Origin: Octopus sinensis
Taxonomy: Eukaryota
Assembly (NCBI RefSeq): GCF_006345805.1
Contig: NC_043005.1
Location: 24,862,001-24,926,000, forward strand
DNA length: 64,000 nucleotides
Reading direction: 5' to 3'
Shown here: positions 50,003-62,245 of the stretch, piece by piece
Layout of the letters: each line of letters starts with the position of its first letter
How positions within the stretch are numbered: the stretch's first letter is position 1
The notes under the pieces: model-generated
Told to the model about the DNA's origin: nothing
The model's input: only the letters and a program-made list of their open reading frames with translations
Databases searched by the model: none
Made by a program: the position numbers and the translations under genes

Positions 50003-50200
50003 ATCCTTTTCTACTCGAGGCACAAGGCCCAAAATATTTATGGGGTGGGGCCAGTCGATTAGATCGACTCCAGTATGCAACTGGTACTTAAATTATCAAC
50101 CCTGAAAGCATGAAAGACAAAGTTGACCTCAGCAGAATTTGAACAGAAATGCTAAGCATTTCACCTGGTGTGCTAACGTTTCTGCCAGCTCGCCGCCTTT
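50003..50200 (-). mobile_element. SINE family B copy
   Basis: Consensus with a small deletion, CpG-eroded. Confidence 0.75.
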
Positions 50201-50378
50201 TGTTGCCTAAATATCAGCAATGGTGCTTTGTTACTTTGTTAGAAACTAAATTGTCTTGGAAGAAGAATTTAAGGAGAATGAAAAAGAGGAAGAAAAGCAT
50301 ACATTTATATTCAAATACTTACATGCTTGGATCTTTGTCCCCAAGATATAACAGTAACTTGTAAACATATACACACTT

Positions 50379-50760
50379 GGAAGCACTCCGTTGGTTATGA
50401 CGACGAGGGTTCCGGTTGATCCGATCAACGGAACAGCCTGCTCGTGAAATTAACATGTAAGTGGCTGAGCACGCCACAGACATGTGTACCCTTAACGTAG
50501 TTCTCGGGGATATTCAGCGTGACACAGAGAGTGACAAGGCCGGCCCTTTGGAATACAGGTACAACAGAAACAGGAAGTAAGAGTGAGAGAAGGTTGTGGT
50601 GAGAGAGTACAGCAGGGATCACCACCATCCCTACCGGAGCCTCGTGGAGCTTTAGGTGTTTTCACTCAATAAACACTCACAACGCCCAGTCTGGGAATCG
50701 AAACCGCGATCCTACGACCGCGAGTCCGCTGCCCTAACCACTGGGCCATTGCGCCTCCAC
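50379..50760 (-). mobile_element. SINE family C, full length, 11-bp TSD
   Basis: TATACACACTT at 50368-50378 and 50761-50771. Confidence 0.92.
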
Positions 50761-50952
50761 TATACACACTTAATTAGAGAGGAATAAACCTACACATGGA
50801 AACATATTTCCCATCGTTAGGCTTAAACTGAAACATTCTTTTGAACTGATATGTATCAACACAAACATTTCTGTACACATGTCCACATGTGTGTTTTGTA
50901 TGCTTTCATATAAATACTGACATACACTCATATACATGTGTACACACACATG

Positions 50953-50984
<32 letters not shown>

Positions 50985-51107
50985 CATACACACATGATAT
51001 GTGTAGGTATGTATGTATGTATGCAAAGTCTCATATAAAATAAATTTTCGTTTTAATCTTGGAATTAAATGGTTTTGGTTTACTGTCAGGTGACTTTTGG
51101 CCAACGC

Positions 51108-51142
<35 letters not shown>

Positions 51143-51534
51143 AGACATATATTTACAAGTGTTCAGTTTAATCAAGATATCTTTGGCCTGAAGAGCAGCC
51201 TATGACATACACCTTGCTTGGATATTTACCACTTCCGAGGTTCCACTCGCTATGAAACATATGTAACCTGGATCTTATCTACTCCACTCCTTAACTCTTG
51301 TATTCTTAATTGTATACCTGGCAACCCTGGTTGCCCACCGTGAAATATAAAAAAAATCCTTTTTCAATTTATCGCAATTTGATAAGAAAAAATCCAGAAT
51401 CTTCCATCTCAATAAACCACTATTGTCCCTGAAAGTTGGTTTCCTATATATTTACCACGGCTTGCTTGAAATTAACTTTCTTCCTACATCTCGATCCTCG
51501 GATCTTATATTTATATATATATGTATATATACCT

Positions 51535-51725
51535 ATGTATGGAGGTGCAGTGTAAAAATACTCAGTACACTCTGTAAAGTTGTTAGTGTTAGGAAGGGCA
51601 TCCAGCCGTAGAAGCCATACCAAAACAGACATGGGGTCTGGGCAACTCTTGAGCTGGCTGGCTCCAGTCAAACCGTCCGGCCCATGCCAGCATGGAAGAT
51701 GGAAGTTAAAGGATGATGATGATGT
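51535..51725 (+). mobile_element. RTE LINE 3' UTR fragment
   Basis: GTTAGGAAGGGCATCCAGCCGTAGAA...CATGCCAGCATGGAA..GTTAAA.GATGATGATG. Confidence 0.75.
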
Positions 51726-51852
51726 ACATGTTTATAGTGTGTCTGTATGCAAACACTTGCACTTTACACTTCCCATCACACACAAGTAACATGATTTGTG
51801 CCTGGTGGGAAGTGTAACATATTTGTGCTTATTTTCAGACATGCTGTAAATG

Positions 51853-52181
51853 TCTCTTAAATATAGAACTGCTCACGAGCATATGCCGTGGTGGTTAATG
51901 TGCGGGCTACTAACCCCAAGAGTCCGAGTTTGATTCCAGGCAGTGCCCTGAATAATAATGACGACGACGACGGGGACGGTGATGGTGGTGACGGCTTCGG
52001 CGGCGAGGACGACGACGTTGACGACTTTAGGAATGAGAACCCAGGTTCGAAATTTCCCCAAGACACCTGATGAAGGCCAGCGGGTATATCAGTCGAAACG
52101 TGTTAACAACAAGCAAGATGAGGACGAATATCTGTGAAATGTAAATAATGTAAATAATTCCTCATCTCTTAAATATAGAAC
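51853..52181 (+). mobile_element. SINE family E, copy 2, bounded by a 17-bp direct repeat
   Basis: TCTCTTAAATATAGAAC at 51853-51869 and 52165-52181; tRNA-like head; (GAC/GGT)n spacer; CTGATGA (52067-52073) ... GAAA (52095-52098). Confidence 0.78.
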
Positions 52182-52582
52182 AGTGCTGTAGATGTGTCAT
52201 ATACATGTATATTAGATTCACATACACACTTGTATAGATATCTACTCATACCAGTGTAGATACTTGTACATTGTATACACACATACATGCATATCTACAT
52301 AGAATCCTCTCTCTCTTTGTTTGATATATAGATGTATTCATAAATGTTTTGTCTACATTTAAAAACATTTATATACACACATGCGTATGTTCACATAAAC
52401 ATCTGCACATGTACATTCTGATGTATGTATTCACAGGCAGTCACCTATACACACACACACACACATATATATATAAAGGTACTCACACACATGCACGTAT
52501 ATACTCATACACATACTCTGGCATGTATACTCACATACATACACATGTTTCTCATACATATATGCATATGTATATAGATATA

Positions 52583-52648
<66 letters not shown>

Positions 52649-52689
52649 TGTAACATTTGTATTTGTAAAACCAAACAGAGTATACAACC

Positions 52690-52734
52690 TGAGGGACAAC
52701 ATACACATTCACACATGCTTATGCACCCATGTGT

Positions 52735-52766
<32 letters not shown>

Positions 52767-53180
52767 TTAGACATACATTAACACATGCTTATGCACACAT
52801 ATATGCACATACACACACAGAGACATACACATTCACACATGCTTATGCACCCATGTGTGCACACACACACACACACACACATTTAGACATACATTAACAC
52901 ATGCTTATGCACACATATATGCACATACACACACAGAGACATACACATTAACACATGCTTATGCACCCATGTGTGCACACACACACACACACATTTAGAC
53001 ATACATTAACACATGCTTATGCACACATATATGCACATACACACACAGAGACATGCACATTAACACATGCTTATGCACCCATGTGTGCACACACACACAC
53101 ACACACACACCACGCATACACACTTTTAGACATACACATTAACACATGCTTATGCACACACACACATATGCATTATCACA
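52690..53180. repeat. Tandem repeat of a ~120-130-bp CA-rich unit, about 4 copies
   Basis: ACACATGCTTATGCACCCATGTGTGC(AC)nATTTAGACATACATTAACACATGCTTATGCACACATATATGC recurs. Confidence 0.88.
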
Positions 53181-53844
53181 TGCTTATGCACACACATATA
53201 TGTGTGCACACATACACACACAGACATACATAATCATACAGGACATTCTCACACAAGCATGCATACAAGGAAAAAAGTAATCTTGTACATACATGTGCAT
53301 ACACACATATATGCACACACATATACCCAACATAATTATGCAGACACCAAAATAAACAATGCACTTGCACACATGCACACACACACACACACATGCATGC
53401 ACACAAACATATACAGCACAAATACACGTATTCACATTATCTTCTTAGAGACACACAGACATATAAAAACATATGCATACATACATGCATGCTTTCAGAA
53501 ACACAAGCGTAATTACACACACATCTATACACAAATACATACATGCACCCACCCACCCCCATTTGCAAACACACATACACACTCATATAAATGGCTTCAT
53601 GTAAGATACGCACACTTGTCCAAACACACAAACATATAAGTGCGCACAGCACATACTCCTCACATACGCAAATGCATACATAAACATACAACGTCTTAGA
53701 TACGCAAATGCACGCATACACGCTACACTTACGTGGACACACATACGAGCCATCACATTCATAGACACACACGTATAAGTACACACACGTGCATATGTTC
53801 TCACATGACAGCAACAACAACGACAACCCCCTTCTCCTTCCCCC

Positions 53845-53878
<34 letters not shown>

Positions 53879-53962
53879 GAATCCAAATACAGTCGGCAGC
53901 CATATTTGTCGAGGCAACAGTCACCACATTCACATGGTACTGCTCTTTCCTCCCCATCTTAC

Positions 53963-54041
53963 CTGTCGTCTCACCTGTCCTAACTATTAAATACATACCT
54001 GTATAGCTGTATATATAATTAAAGTGCGAGCTAGTTACCAT
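53963..54041 (-). CDS. Candidate short first coding exon with three in-frame alternative donors
   Basis: ATG at 54041; donors CAG|GTATGT (53999), CAG|GTGAGA (53975), CAG|GTAAGA (53963), all phase 1. Confidence 0.4.
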
Positions 54042-54047
54042 GACAAC
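54034..54047. promoter_or_regulatory. RFX X-box-like motif GTTACCATGACAAC
   Basis: One mismatch to the palindromic consensus GTTNCCATGGNAAC, in a local CpG-retaining patch of the depleted domain. Confidence 0.5.
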
Positions 54048-54509
54048 AAAGTGGCAGCAAGGATAGTGTTCTTTGTTCTATGGTGAACTAGGAGTCAAAT
54101 TGAAATTATCATATATAACAAGCTGTGAGCATTGTGTATATATGTGTATATATATATATATATGCATGTGTATATACACACATGTGTATGTGTGTCTGTG
54201 AGGTTCATTTGAAGCATTGACAAATTCCAAAATAATTTTTTTATTTTCTGATTTTAAAAAGTTTGTTCAATGTAAACGAATCTGAAAACGACATAACAGG
54301 TAAAAGCATGTCTTATATAAGGATTGAGTCCCTCTTTTTTTAAAAATCTATTTAAGGGGTATTAAGGGTTATTGTGCCCAGTTTATGATATCATTTGCTT
54401 TGAGGAGATTTAAGTGTTTGTATGTGTGTTTATGTATGGGTGTGTGTGGTTTTGGTGTTGCACTCATGATCATGGGATTGCGATTTCAATTCTGGCTCTG
54501 GGTGATTTT

Positions 54510-54736
54510 TACTCTTTTATTCTTTCACTTTTTTCAGTCATTTGACTGTGGCCATGCTGGAGCACCACCATACCATTAATCAAACAAATTGACCCTAGGA
54601 CTTATTCTTTGTGAGCCTAGTACTTATACTATCGGTATCTTTTGCTGAATTGCTAAGTTATAGGAGATGTAAACACACCAACATCGGTTGTCAAGCATTG
54701 GTGGTGGTGGGGGGGGGGACAAATACTGACACATAA

Positions 54737-54771
<35 letters not shown>

Positions 54772-55388
54772 TATATATAGGCACAGGAGTGGCTGTGTTG
54801 TAAGTAGCTTGCTTACCAACCACATGGTTCTGGGTTCAGTCCCACTGCGTGGCACCTTGGGCAAGTGTCATCTACTATAACCTCAGGCCAACCAAAGCCT
54901 TGTGAGTGGATTTGGTAAACGGAAACTGAAAGAAGCCTGTTATATATATATATATATACATGATCAGATTGGAGCCTGGTTCACCAGTCCTCAGTCAAAT
55001 TGTCCAACCCATGGTAGCATGGAAAGCGGACGTTAAACGATGATGATGATATGTGTATGTATATGTTTGTGTGCCTGTGTTTGTTCCCCCAACATCGCTT
55101 GACAACTGATGATAGTGTGTTTATGTCCCCGTCATGTAGCGGTTCGGCAAGAGAGACTGATAGACTAAGTACTAGGCTTACAAAGAATAAGTCCTGGGGT
55201 TGATTTGCTCAATTAAACGTGGTGCTCCAGCATGGCCACAGTCAAATGACTGAAACAAATAAAAGAATAAAAGAATATATCTCTGACAGGCTTATTTCAG
55301 TTTCTGTCTACCTCACAAGGCTTTGGTCAGCCTGGGACTGAACCTGGAACCATGTGGTTTGGAAGCAAGCTTCTTACCACACAGCCAC
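54510..55388. mobile_element. Nested SINE A(-) > SINE A(+) > RTE 3' tail
   Basis: The 3' half of a minus copy (54510-54775) and its head (55283-55388) bracket a plus copy (54779-55275), which contains an RTE tail (54960-55050). Confidence 0.75.
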
Positions 55389-55825
55389 ACTTGAAGTGTT
55401 GTGTTATTGAGTAAAACCCTTCATTTCACCACCTAAACATGGATGTCTTGTTAGAACCCTGATTATTGTGTTAATAGCCACAAGAGAGATCCTCAGAACA
55501 GATGAAATTCGTCTACCATGGGTTCCAGAACTTCCATATCACATAATTTCATTCTGTTAGAACTCTTCAATGGGAAGCACTGGGTGACTGCATGCCAATA
55601 AAATTTTACTGCTACAATATATAGAATTTCCACATTTTTTCAGTCACTGATGTTGTGAATAACCAGCAGGCTTATTAAAAATTAATTATTAGTGATAGAA
55701 GCAGTATTATTACCAAACGACAATCTTCATATCCAACTAAACATGGATGTCTTGTTAAAACCCCAATCACTGTAATTATTAGCCTAAAGAGATCCTCTCA
55801 TATAGGCGCTTGGTACATAAAAGTA

Positions 55826-56100
55826 CATCATCATCATCATCATTTAATGTCTGCTTTCCATGCTAGCATGGGTTGGACAATTTGACTGAGGACTGGTGAA
55901 CCAATTGGCTGCGCCAGGCTCCAGTCTGATCTAGCAGAGTTTCTACAGCTGGATGCCCTTTCTAACGCCAACCACTCTGAGACTGTAGTGGGTGCTTTTA
56001 CGTGCCACTGGCATGAGGGCCAGTCTGGTGGTACTGGCAACGGCCATGCTCGAAATGGTATTTTTTACGTGCCACCTGAACAGGAGCCAGTCATGCATAG
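55826..56100 (-). mobile_element. RTE LINE 3' UTR fragment
   Basis: (CAT)n followed by the reverse complement of the shared tail. Confidence 0.78.
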
Positions 56101-56269
56101 ATAATAGCAGATGAAATTCATTTGTCATGGGCACCAAAATTCCTATACTGAGTTATTTCATTCCATTGGAACTCACATGATTCTAATCCACTCAGCTGGC
56201 GAAAACGTGTCCTGTCCAGTGGGGGGTGAGGAGAGATATCACTATCATCAGCTTTTTCTCGTATCTGAG

Positions 56270-56560
56270 TATTTTTCTTCTTCACTGAACACTTCCTTTA
56301 TGGTAATGCCATTGATGACACTGTAGACCAATCCTTGTATGGTAGAGGCGATGGCATTGATTGCACAGTAATGGTGGAGGACATGGTCAATTTTGCTGAG
56401 CCTTTCTCTCTTGTCGTTTGATCTCTTCTTTTTCTCTTCTAGTGGTTTTGAAGTTTTTTTTTGGTTCCAGTGGGGGAGATATATATGCCACAGAATCTGA
56501 GAAACTGGGCTTATAAGCCTATGGCTTGAGAAATACTTTTGATTCTTTTTCTGATACAAT
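56270..56560 (-). mobile_element. RTE LINE ORF2 extreme C-terminus with a C2H2-like finger, frameshifted
   Basis: An alternative minus frame reads LLCNQCHRLYHTRIGLQCHQWHYH (CxxC..RIGL..H pattern), preceded by a basic EEKKKRSNDKRER stretch. Confidence 0.6.
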
Positions 56561-56754
56561 TACCATTATCTTTTAATGACCAAATTCCAAGATTACTTGG
56601 GTTGGACAGAGAGATAGGGTTTAACATATTGGAGAAACATGTCTTGTATGGATATCTACTTTAGCATGGGTTCTATGTCTGGATACCCTTCCTAATTACC
56701 AATTACTTTACAAAGTGTGTATGTGTATGTGTGTGTGTGTATATATGTATGTGT

Positions 56755-57030
56755 GTGTGTACGAATGGCTTCTTTCAGTTTCCATCTACCAAATCCATTT
56801 ACAAGGCTTTGGTCGGTCTGAGGCTATAGTAGAAGACACATGTCCAAGGTGCCAAGCAGTGGAACTAAACCTGAAACCATGTGGTTGGTAAGCAATGTAT
56901 ATATATATCATCATCATCATCATCCTCGTTTAGTGTCCGCTTTCCATGCTAGCATGGGTTGGACAGTTCAACTGGGGTCTGGGAAGCCAGAAGGCTGCAC
57001 CAGGCCCAGTCTGATCTGGCAATGTATCAG
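56755..57030 (-). mobile_element. SINE A head followed by an RTE 3' tail fragment
   Basis: Both consensus pieces recognisable. Confidence 0.7.
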
Positions 57031-57702
57031 TGAGACCTAAAGTTTGAAGGTCAGCCCTGTTTGAGCTATGTTCAGAGTTATTCCAGCCATGACTATCCCA
57101 TATGTTTTCAAACATAGAATATTAGTGAATTATATTATCTAATCCTTGTTCTTTAGTCCTAGGCCAACTCTGAGCAAACTATGACCAAATTTTTCCAGCT
57201 TTGGCCACCCTCTATTTTTTCTCAAGTATAATGTATCTACAATGCTAAATTAGTGATGGTATCCTCTCTAGGTTAGTCTTGACTGAACTTTGATCAAAGA
57301 CATGATGTAGTGTTAATCATATCTGGTTATAGATCATAGTGTATTTGGCTCTGTATCATCCAAAATGTCCTTCCTTGTTCTGGTGTGATTTAAGGGAAAT
57401 TTGTTTGCAGAGTGAGCCACTATATAGGGGCTCTCCTATTGATTCATCCAGTAATTTTGTAATCATCAGACTGATGAGTAAGGTTAGCTATCTCATCCAC
57501 AGCCAATTAGTGCCAGCAAACATATCTGCTTGAGTAAATATGTCCAGCAACATAAATGGTTTTACTTAACAACACTTCAGTTTCTATTACAAGTACTTGG
57601 ACTATGGATAACCACTGTTGATGTCATATAACAATCTTATAATCAGACACAGAATGACCTACACTATGTTATTTAATATATTCCAATTTTGAAGTAGTAG
57701 AC

Positions 57703-57870
57703 GCAAGCATGGCTGTGTGGTTAAGAATTTTGTTTCCTAATCACATGGTTTTAGGTTCAGTTGCATTGCATGACACGTTGGGCTCATGTGTTCTTCTGCT
57801 ATAGCCCCAGGCCAACCAAAACCTTGTGAAAAGATTTGGTAGTCAGAAACTGAATGAAGCTTATCATACA
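57703..57870 (+). mobile_element. SINE family A head fragment
   Basis: GGCTGTGTGGTTAAGAA..GGTTCAGTT..TTGGGC..GTGTTCTTCTGCTATAGCCCC. Confidence 0.65.
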
Positions 57871-58383
57871 TAAAGCAATCTTGTGTTCCCTTGCATGAAC
57901 ACAAAATCATTTTATCCAACATGTTCTTTTTTGGAATGATGTGATTTGAGGGAGAATTGGCTGCTATTTCTATTACATTCATGTGGCGACTCCATCATTG
58001 GCTCATTCAGCCTTTGTTGGCAATGTTGAGGGTGGAGTAGTAGTGAGTATCCTGTTTTATTTTCAGACACAGTGTACCTTGGATTACATTAGCTCTTGTG
58101 ATAAGAATGAATAACCTGAGTAGCTTTTAACAGGATTATAGGTGCAAGGCATGTGAAGCTTGCTTTGTTATTGTGTGTTCTTGGGTTCTATCTCACTGTC
58201 TGGAACTTTTGCAAATGTCTTAGTTATGTAGCTTTGAACTAGCTAATGATGTGTGAGTGGTATTAATTGATGAAAACTGAGTAATTTCCTCACATACCTC
58301 TTTGTCTATCTGTCTATCTTTCTGCCTGTTGATCCGTCTATCTGACCGCTTTTCTCTGTGTGTGTGTGTGAGGGCATGCTCAT

Positions 58384-58419
<36 letters not shown>

Positions 58420-58504
58420 ATGTGTGTTTGTGCATGTATGCATGCGAGTGCATGTGTGTGTGTGTGAATGTTTTACATTCTGCATTCTTGCATGAAAACG
58501 TTCT

Positions 58505-58925
58505 TTTCTTTTCTACTCTAGGCACAAAGTCTGAAATTTTTGGGGAGGGGGCCAGTTGATTAGATCAACTCCAGTATGCAACTGGTACTTAATTTATTGA
58601 CTCCGAAAGGATGAAAGGCAAAATCGACCTTGGTGGAATTTGAACTCAGAACGTAAAAAAAGGTGAAATACCGCTAAGCATTTCACCTGGCATGCTAATG
58701 ATTCTGCCAGCTCTTTTCTACTCTTGGCACAAGGCATGAAATTTAGTAGGAGGGGGCCAATCGATTAGATTGACTCCAGAAAGCAACTGGTACCTAATTT
58801 ATCGATTCCGAAAGGATGAAAGGCAAAGTCGACTTCGGCAGAATTTGAACTCGGAATGTAAAGATGGTTGAACTACTGCTAAGCATTTTGCCTGGCGTGC
58901 TAACATTTCTGCTAGCTTTCTGCCT
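58505..58925 (-). mobile_element. Two tandem SINE family B copies
   Basis: Two complete head-core-tail units; junction CCAGCTC|TTTTCTACTC at ~58710. Confidence 0.8.
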
Positions 58926-59295
58926 TCTTGCATGAAAATGTTGAGCAAAAAATGATGACATGCTCTGCTAAGAAATCATCCTGTTGCTCAGTACATTTGA
59001 AAATGAATTGAACAAAAATCTGTTACTTGAAAATTAGGTAAGGGTTAGCAACAGGAAGGACATCCAACTGTAAAACAGTGCTTCAATTCACATTCATCCA
59101 ACCTACTCTAGCATGGAAAAATGGACATAAAATGATTCTATGAAGGAAAACCCCATTGAAAGCATTCATTTTCGACTTCTCATTTCCTTTATACCCCTAT
59201 TTTCCCTGTAGCTCTTAACTTATGACCAGTTCTGATTTGGTGTCAACTGGATCAATGTCACCATTCTAGGTATGCGACCTGCAAAGGTCACATAC

Positions 59296-59327
59296 GTTGC
59301 CCTTCAGCCAATCAATCTCTATCCAAC
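59296..59327 (-). CDS. Candidate 32-nt exon (xWIEIDWLKGN, phase 1-0)
   Basis: Acceptor TTTTTCTTTCTTTCATTTTCGTTTCAAG, donor AAC|GTATGT; only one frame open. Confidence 0.35.
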
Positions 59328-60094
59328 CTTGAAACGAAAATGAAAGAAAGAAAAACGCTTTTGTATTCATATTGTGTGTTCTTATATTCTGTGGTTTTTT
59401 GTTGCTTTTTACTGAATTATTTTATCTGTTTTATTTGATAAAAATAATTCTTTATTTGATAAGAGTAATTCTTTGTTCAGAAATCGTATTGTTTCATTGT
59501 TTCTCTTGCTTGAATTTGCTTGAATCACTAAATGCAATACAAATGATAAAATTCAATTTCTATCTTATCTCTGTTGCTACTCTCAACTTGTCTCTATGAT
59601 AATCTACTTAATTGGATTGTTGTAGCTGATAGCTTTCAATATAAGATGAGTGGAAACTGGTACACGAAAGATAACTAACTACACAGATGTAAGAATTAAG
59701 CAGGGTGGATAGATGGTGAGTGGGGTGGACTTCTTATTCATGTGACACTTTTAGTATGTTCCTTTCCCTCAAATTTGAGGTCTTCTTGTCTTTATAAGAA
59801 ATCATTATTGGATGGAATTGTTGAATATAGCATAAGACAGATTAGCTATTTCTGTGAATGGATTAATGGATTGATGAGTAGGTACGTGGATTGATGGGAA
59901 ACCTGTGCAGACAAATAAATGGATAAATGGTTGGACTCATGAATATTATAATAATTGACCGACTGGGTGGATTGGTAGGTATATATATGGGAGTTATATA
60001 TATATGTATGTATATATATATATGAACTTACTTGGAAATGGATGCATGGCATTCAATCAAATAATAATATAAATAATATATATATATATATTAT

Positions 60095-60670
60095 ATATAT
60101 ATAGACGAAGACAGGTGTGTAAATAACAAACAGATGTATTAGTTTAATGTTTGGGAAGTGAGAAAGTTTTTTATGTTTTGAGCCTATGCTCTTCAACAGA
60201 AAGGAACACAGAAATAAACAGTGAAAAAATTAAAAAGATGGTTCAGTGGCTAGCAATCAATCATGCCAAATGCCGGAGAGATGTAGCAGACAGGAGAGCT
60301 AGGAAGAAGGGGAGATGATAAAGGAGTGGTGATCCCAAAACGAAGGTGCGCATGCGTGTGTATGTGAGAGCGTGTATGTGCATGTGGATAGGGGCTGGTG
60401 ACCTTGACGTGTGTGTGCATGTGTTAGTGTGTGGATGATGGTGTGGCTACTGGGAAGTGGTCAGTGCCTGTGTGCTGGGTGGTGTGATGTATGCATATAT
60501 GGGTACAGGACACCACTGTCAGTAAACATGAAATACAAAAACAAATGAGTTCAATATGCAAACAACGAGAGAAACAAATGGAAAACAGGACAAGTAACAT
60601 GAAGAACGACCCTTCATTAGTTGTCGGCTGTCTATCTACTTCTCATTTCGAGCATTGAACGACAATATAA
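60095..60670 (-). mobile_element. Putative Penelope-like terminal remnant with a hammerhead-like motif
   Basis: The minus strand at ~60168-60203 reads CTTT-CTGTTGA-A-GAGCATAGGCTC-AAAA-CAT; flanks match the 20830 and 29040 repeats. Confidence 0.45.
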
Positions 60671-61554
60671 GTCTTCGAAGATAGTTGCTCCCATAAGTAC
60701 CAAAATAAAATTTGGGAAATTATGGAGGGTCAAAGTTGGGAACAAAAACAGGACAGTGGAGATATACGAGGAAACTGAACAAAAACAAACATGGTGGGTC
60801 GCTAGACCAGAACGAGGGTAAAATAGTGAACACTGGAGAAATATTTTCTTTGACAAGAGAAAAGATAGAAGAGAGAGACAGGATACGTCCAGTCTTTAGG
60901 ACAGCCCTGAAAGAAAAGATGATCATTTGGTGCATATATATATATCATTTATATTGTTATGTATATATTATATATATATATATATATACATATATATGTA
61001 TATATTCAAATTTTTGGGATTAATCGATATGCGGGTATTTTATTTCAGATAGTTCAAAAATAACCTAATGAGTATATCTGACAGTAAACTCATGATATCA
61101 GTTTGCACATCATAAAATAATACTTAAAGGATATAACCATAATTTCCAGTTGGGTATATAATGTACTTCATTAATTATATCATACTTTAGTTAATACTTA
61201 TATTTATTAAATACAAAGGAACTACTCGTGTTTCAGTATTGGAAGATTACAATATATATACATATAAACAACTGTGTGCTCATATATATGCATATATAAA
61301 TACATTTACGCAATCGTCAGATTTACAATTATTCCAACACATCTTCAGGTTCTATTTCAAAATATTATATATCTAATTTTACATCCCTTTAAAAATAAGC
61401 AAAAAATTGAATATTGACTTTTATCAGATACTTTGTATATTTATAGATATATATATATAAATATACGATAAATAAGACCCCAAAGTACGATATGTAGATG
61501 CATATAACGCTGTAGGGTCACACCTGATTGATTTGGAAATTTGCTTTCCCAAAT

Positions 61555-61890
61555 TATTTATATGTATATATATATATATATATGTGTGTGTTGTGTGTGT
61601 GTGTGTATGTATATATTATATGTGTGTGTATATATATGTGTGTGTATATATATGTGTGTGTATATATATGTGTGTGTGTGTGTATATATATATGTGTGTG
61701 TGTGTATATATGTGTGTGTGTATATGTATATAATATATATATGTGTGTGTGTATATGTATATAATATATATATGTGTGTGTGTATATGTATATATATATG
61801 CATGTGTATATGTATATATATATATGCATGCGTATATGTATATATATATGCATGTGTATATGTATATATATATATATGCATGTGTATATG

Positions 61891-61923
<33 letters not shown>

Positions 61924-62064
61924 ATATATATATGTGTGTGTGTGTGTATATATATGTGTGTGTGTGTGTATATATATGTGTGTGTGTGTGTATATATATG
62001 TGTGTGTGTGTGTGTATATATATATGTGTGTGTGTGTGTATATATATATATGTGTGTGTGTGTG

Positions 62065-62107
<43 letters not shown>

Positions 62108-62245
62108 GTTGTGTGTGTGTGTACATATATATATGTGTGTGTGTGTGTATATATATATGTTGTGTGTGTGTGTGTGGTGTGTATATATATATATATATAT
62201 GTGTGTGGTGTGTGTGTGTGTGCATGTACATATACACACACATGC
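61555..62245. repeat. ~690-bp compound (TG)n(TA)n tract
   Basis: Almost purely alternating purine-pyrimidine sequence; explains ORFs 61528-62308. Confidence 0.97.

Noticed and set aside
50323-50357. Minus-strand 35-nt exon with a GTAAGT donor and a 68-nt intron
   Set aside because: The downstream segment closes in all frames within about 40 nt and has only a weak donor; no coherent model.
56248-56559. 103-aa minus-strand ORF as a host gene
   Set aside because: The overlapping frame carries an RTE-type C-terminal zinc-finger pattern; better explained as a LINE remnant.
57410-57477. Apparent plus-strand exon (CAG|AGTGAG...ATGA|GTAAGG)
   Set aside because: The acceptor and 5' part lie within a reverse-oriented family F repeat.
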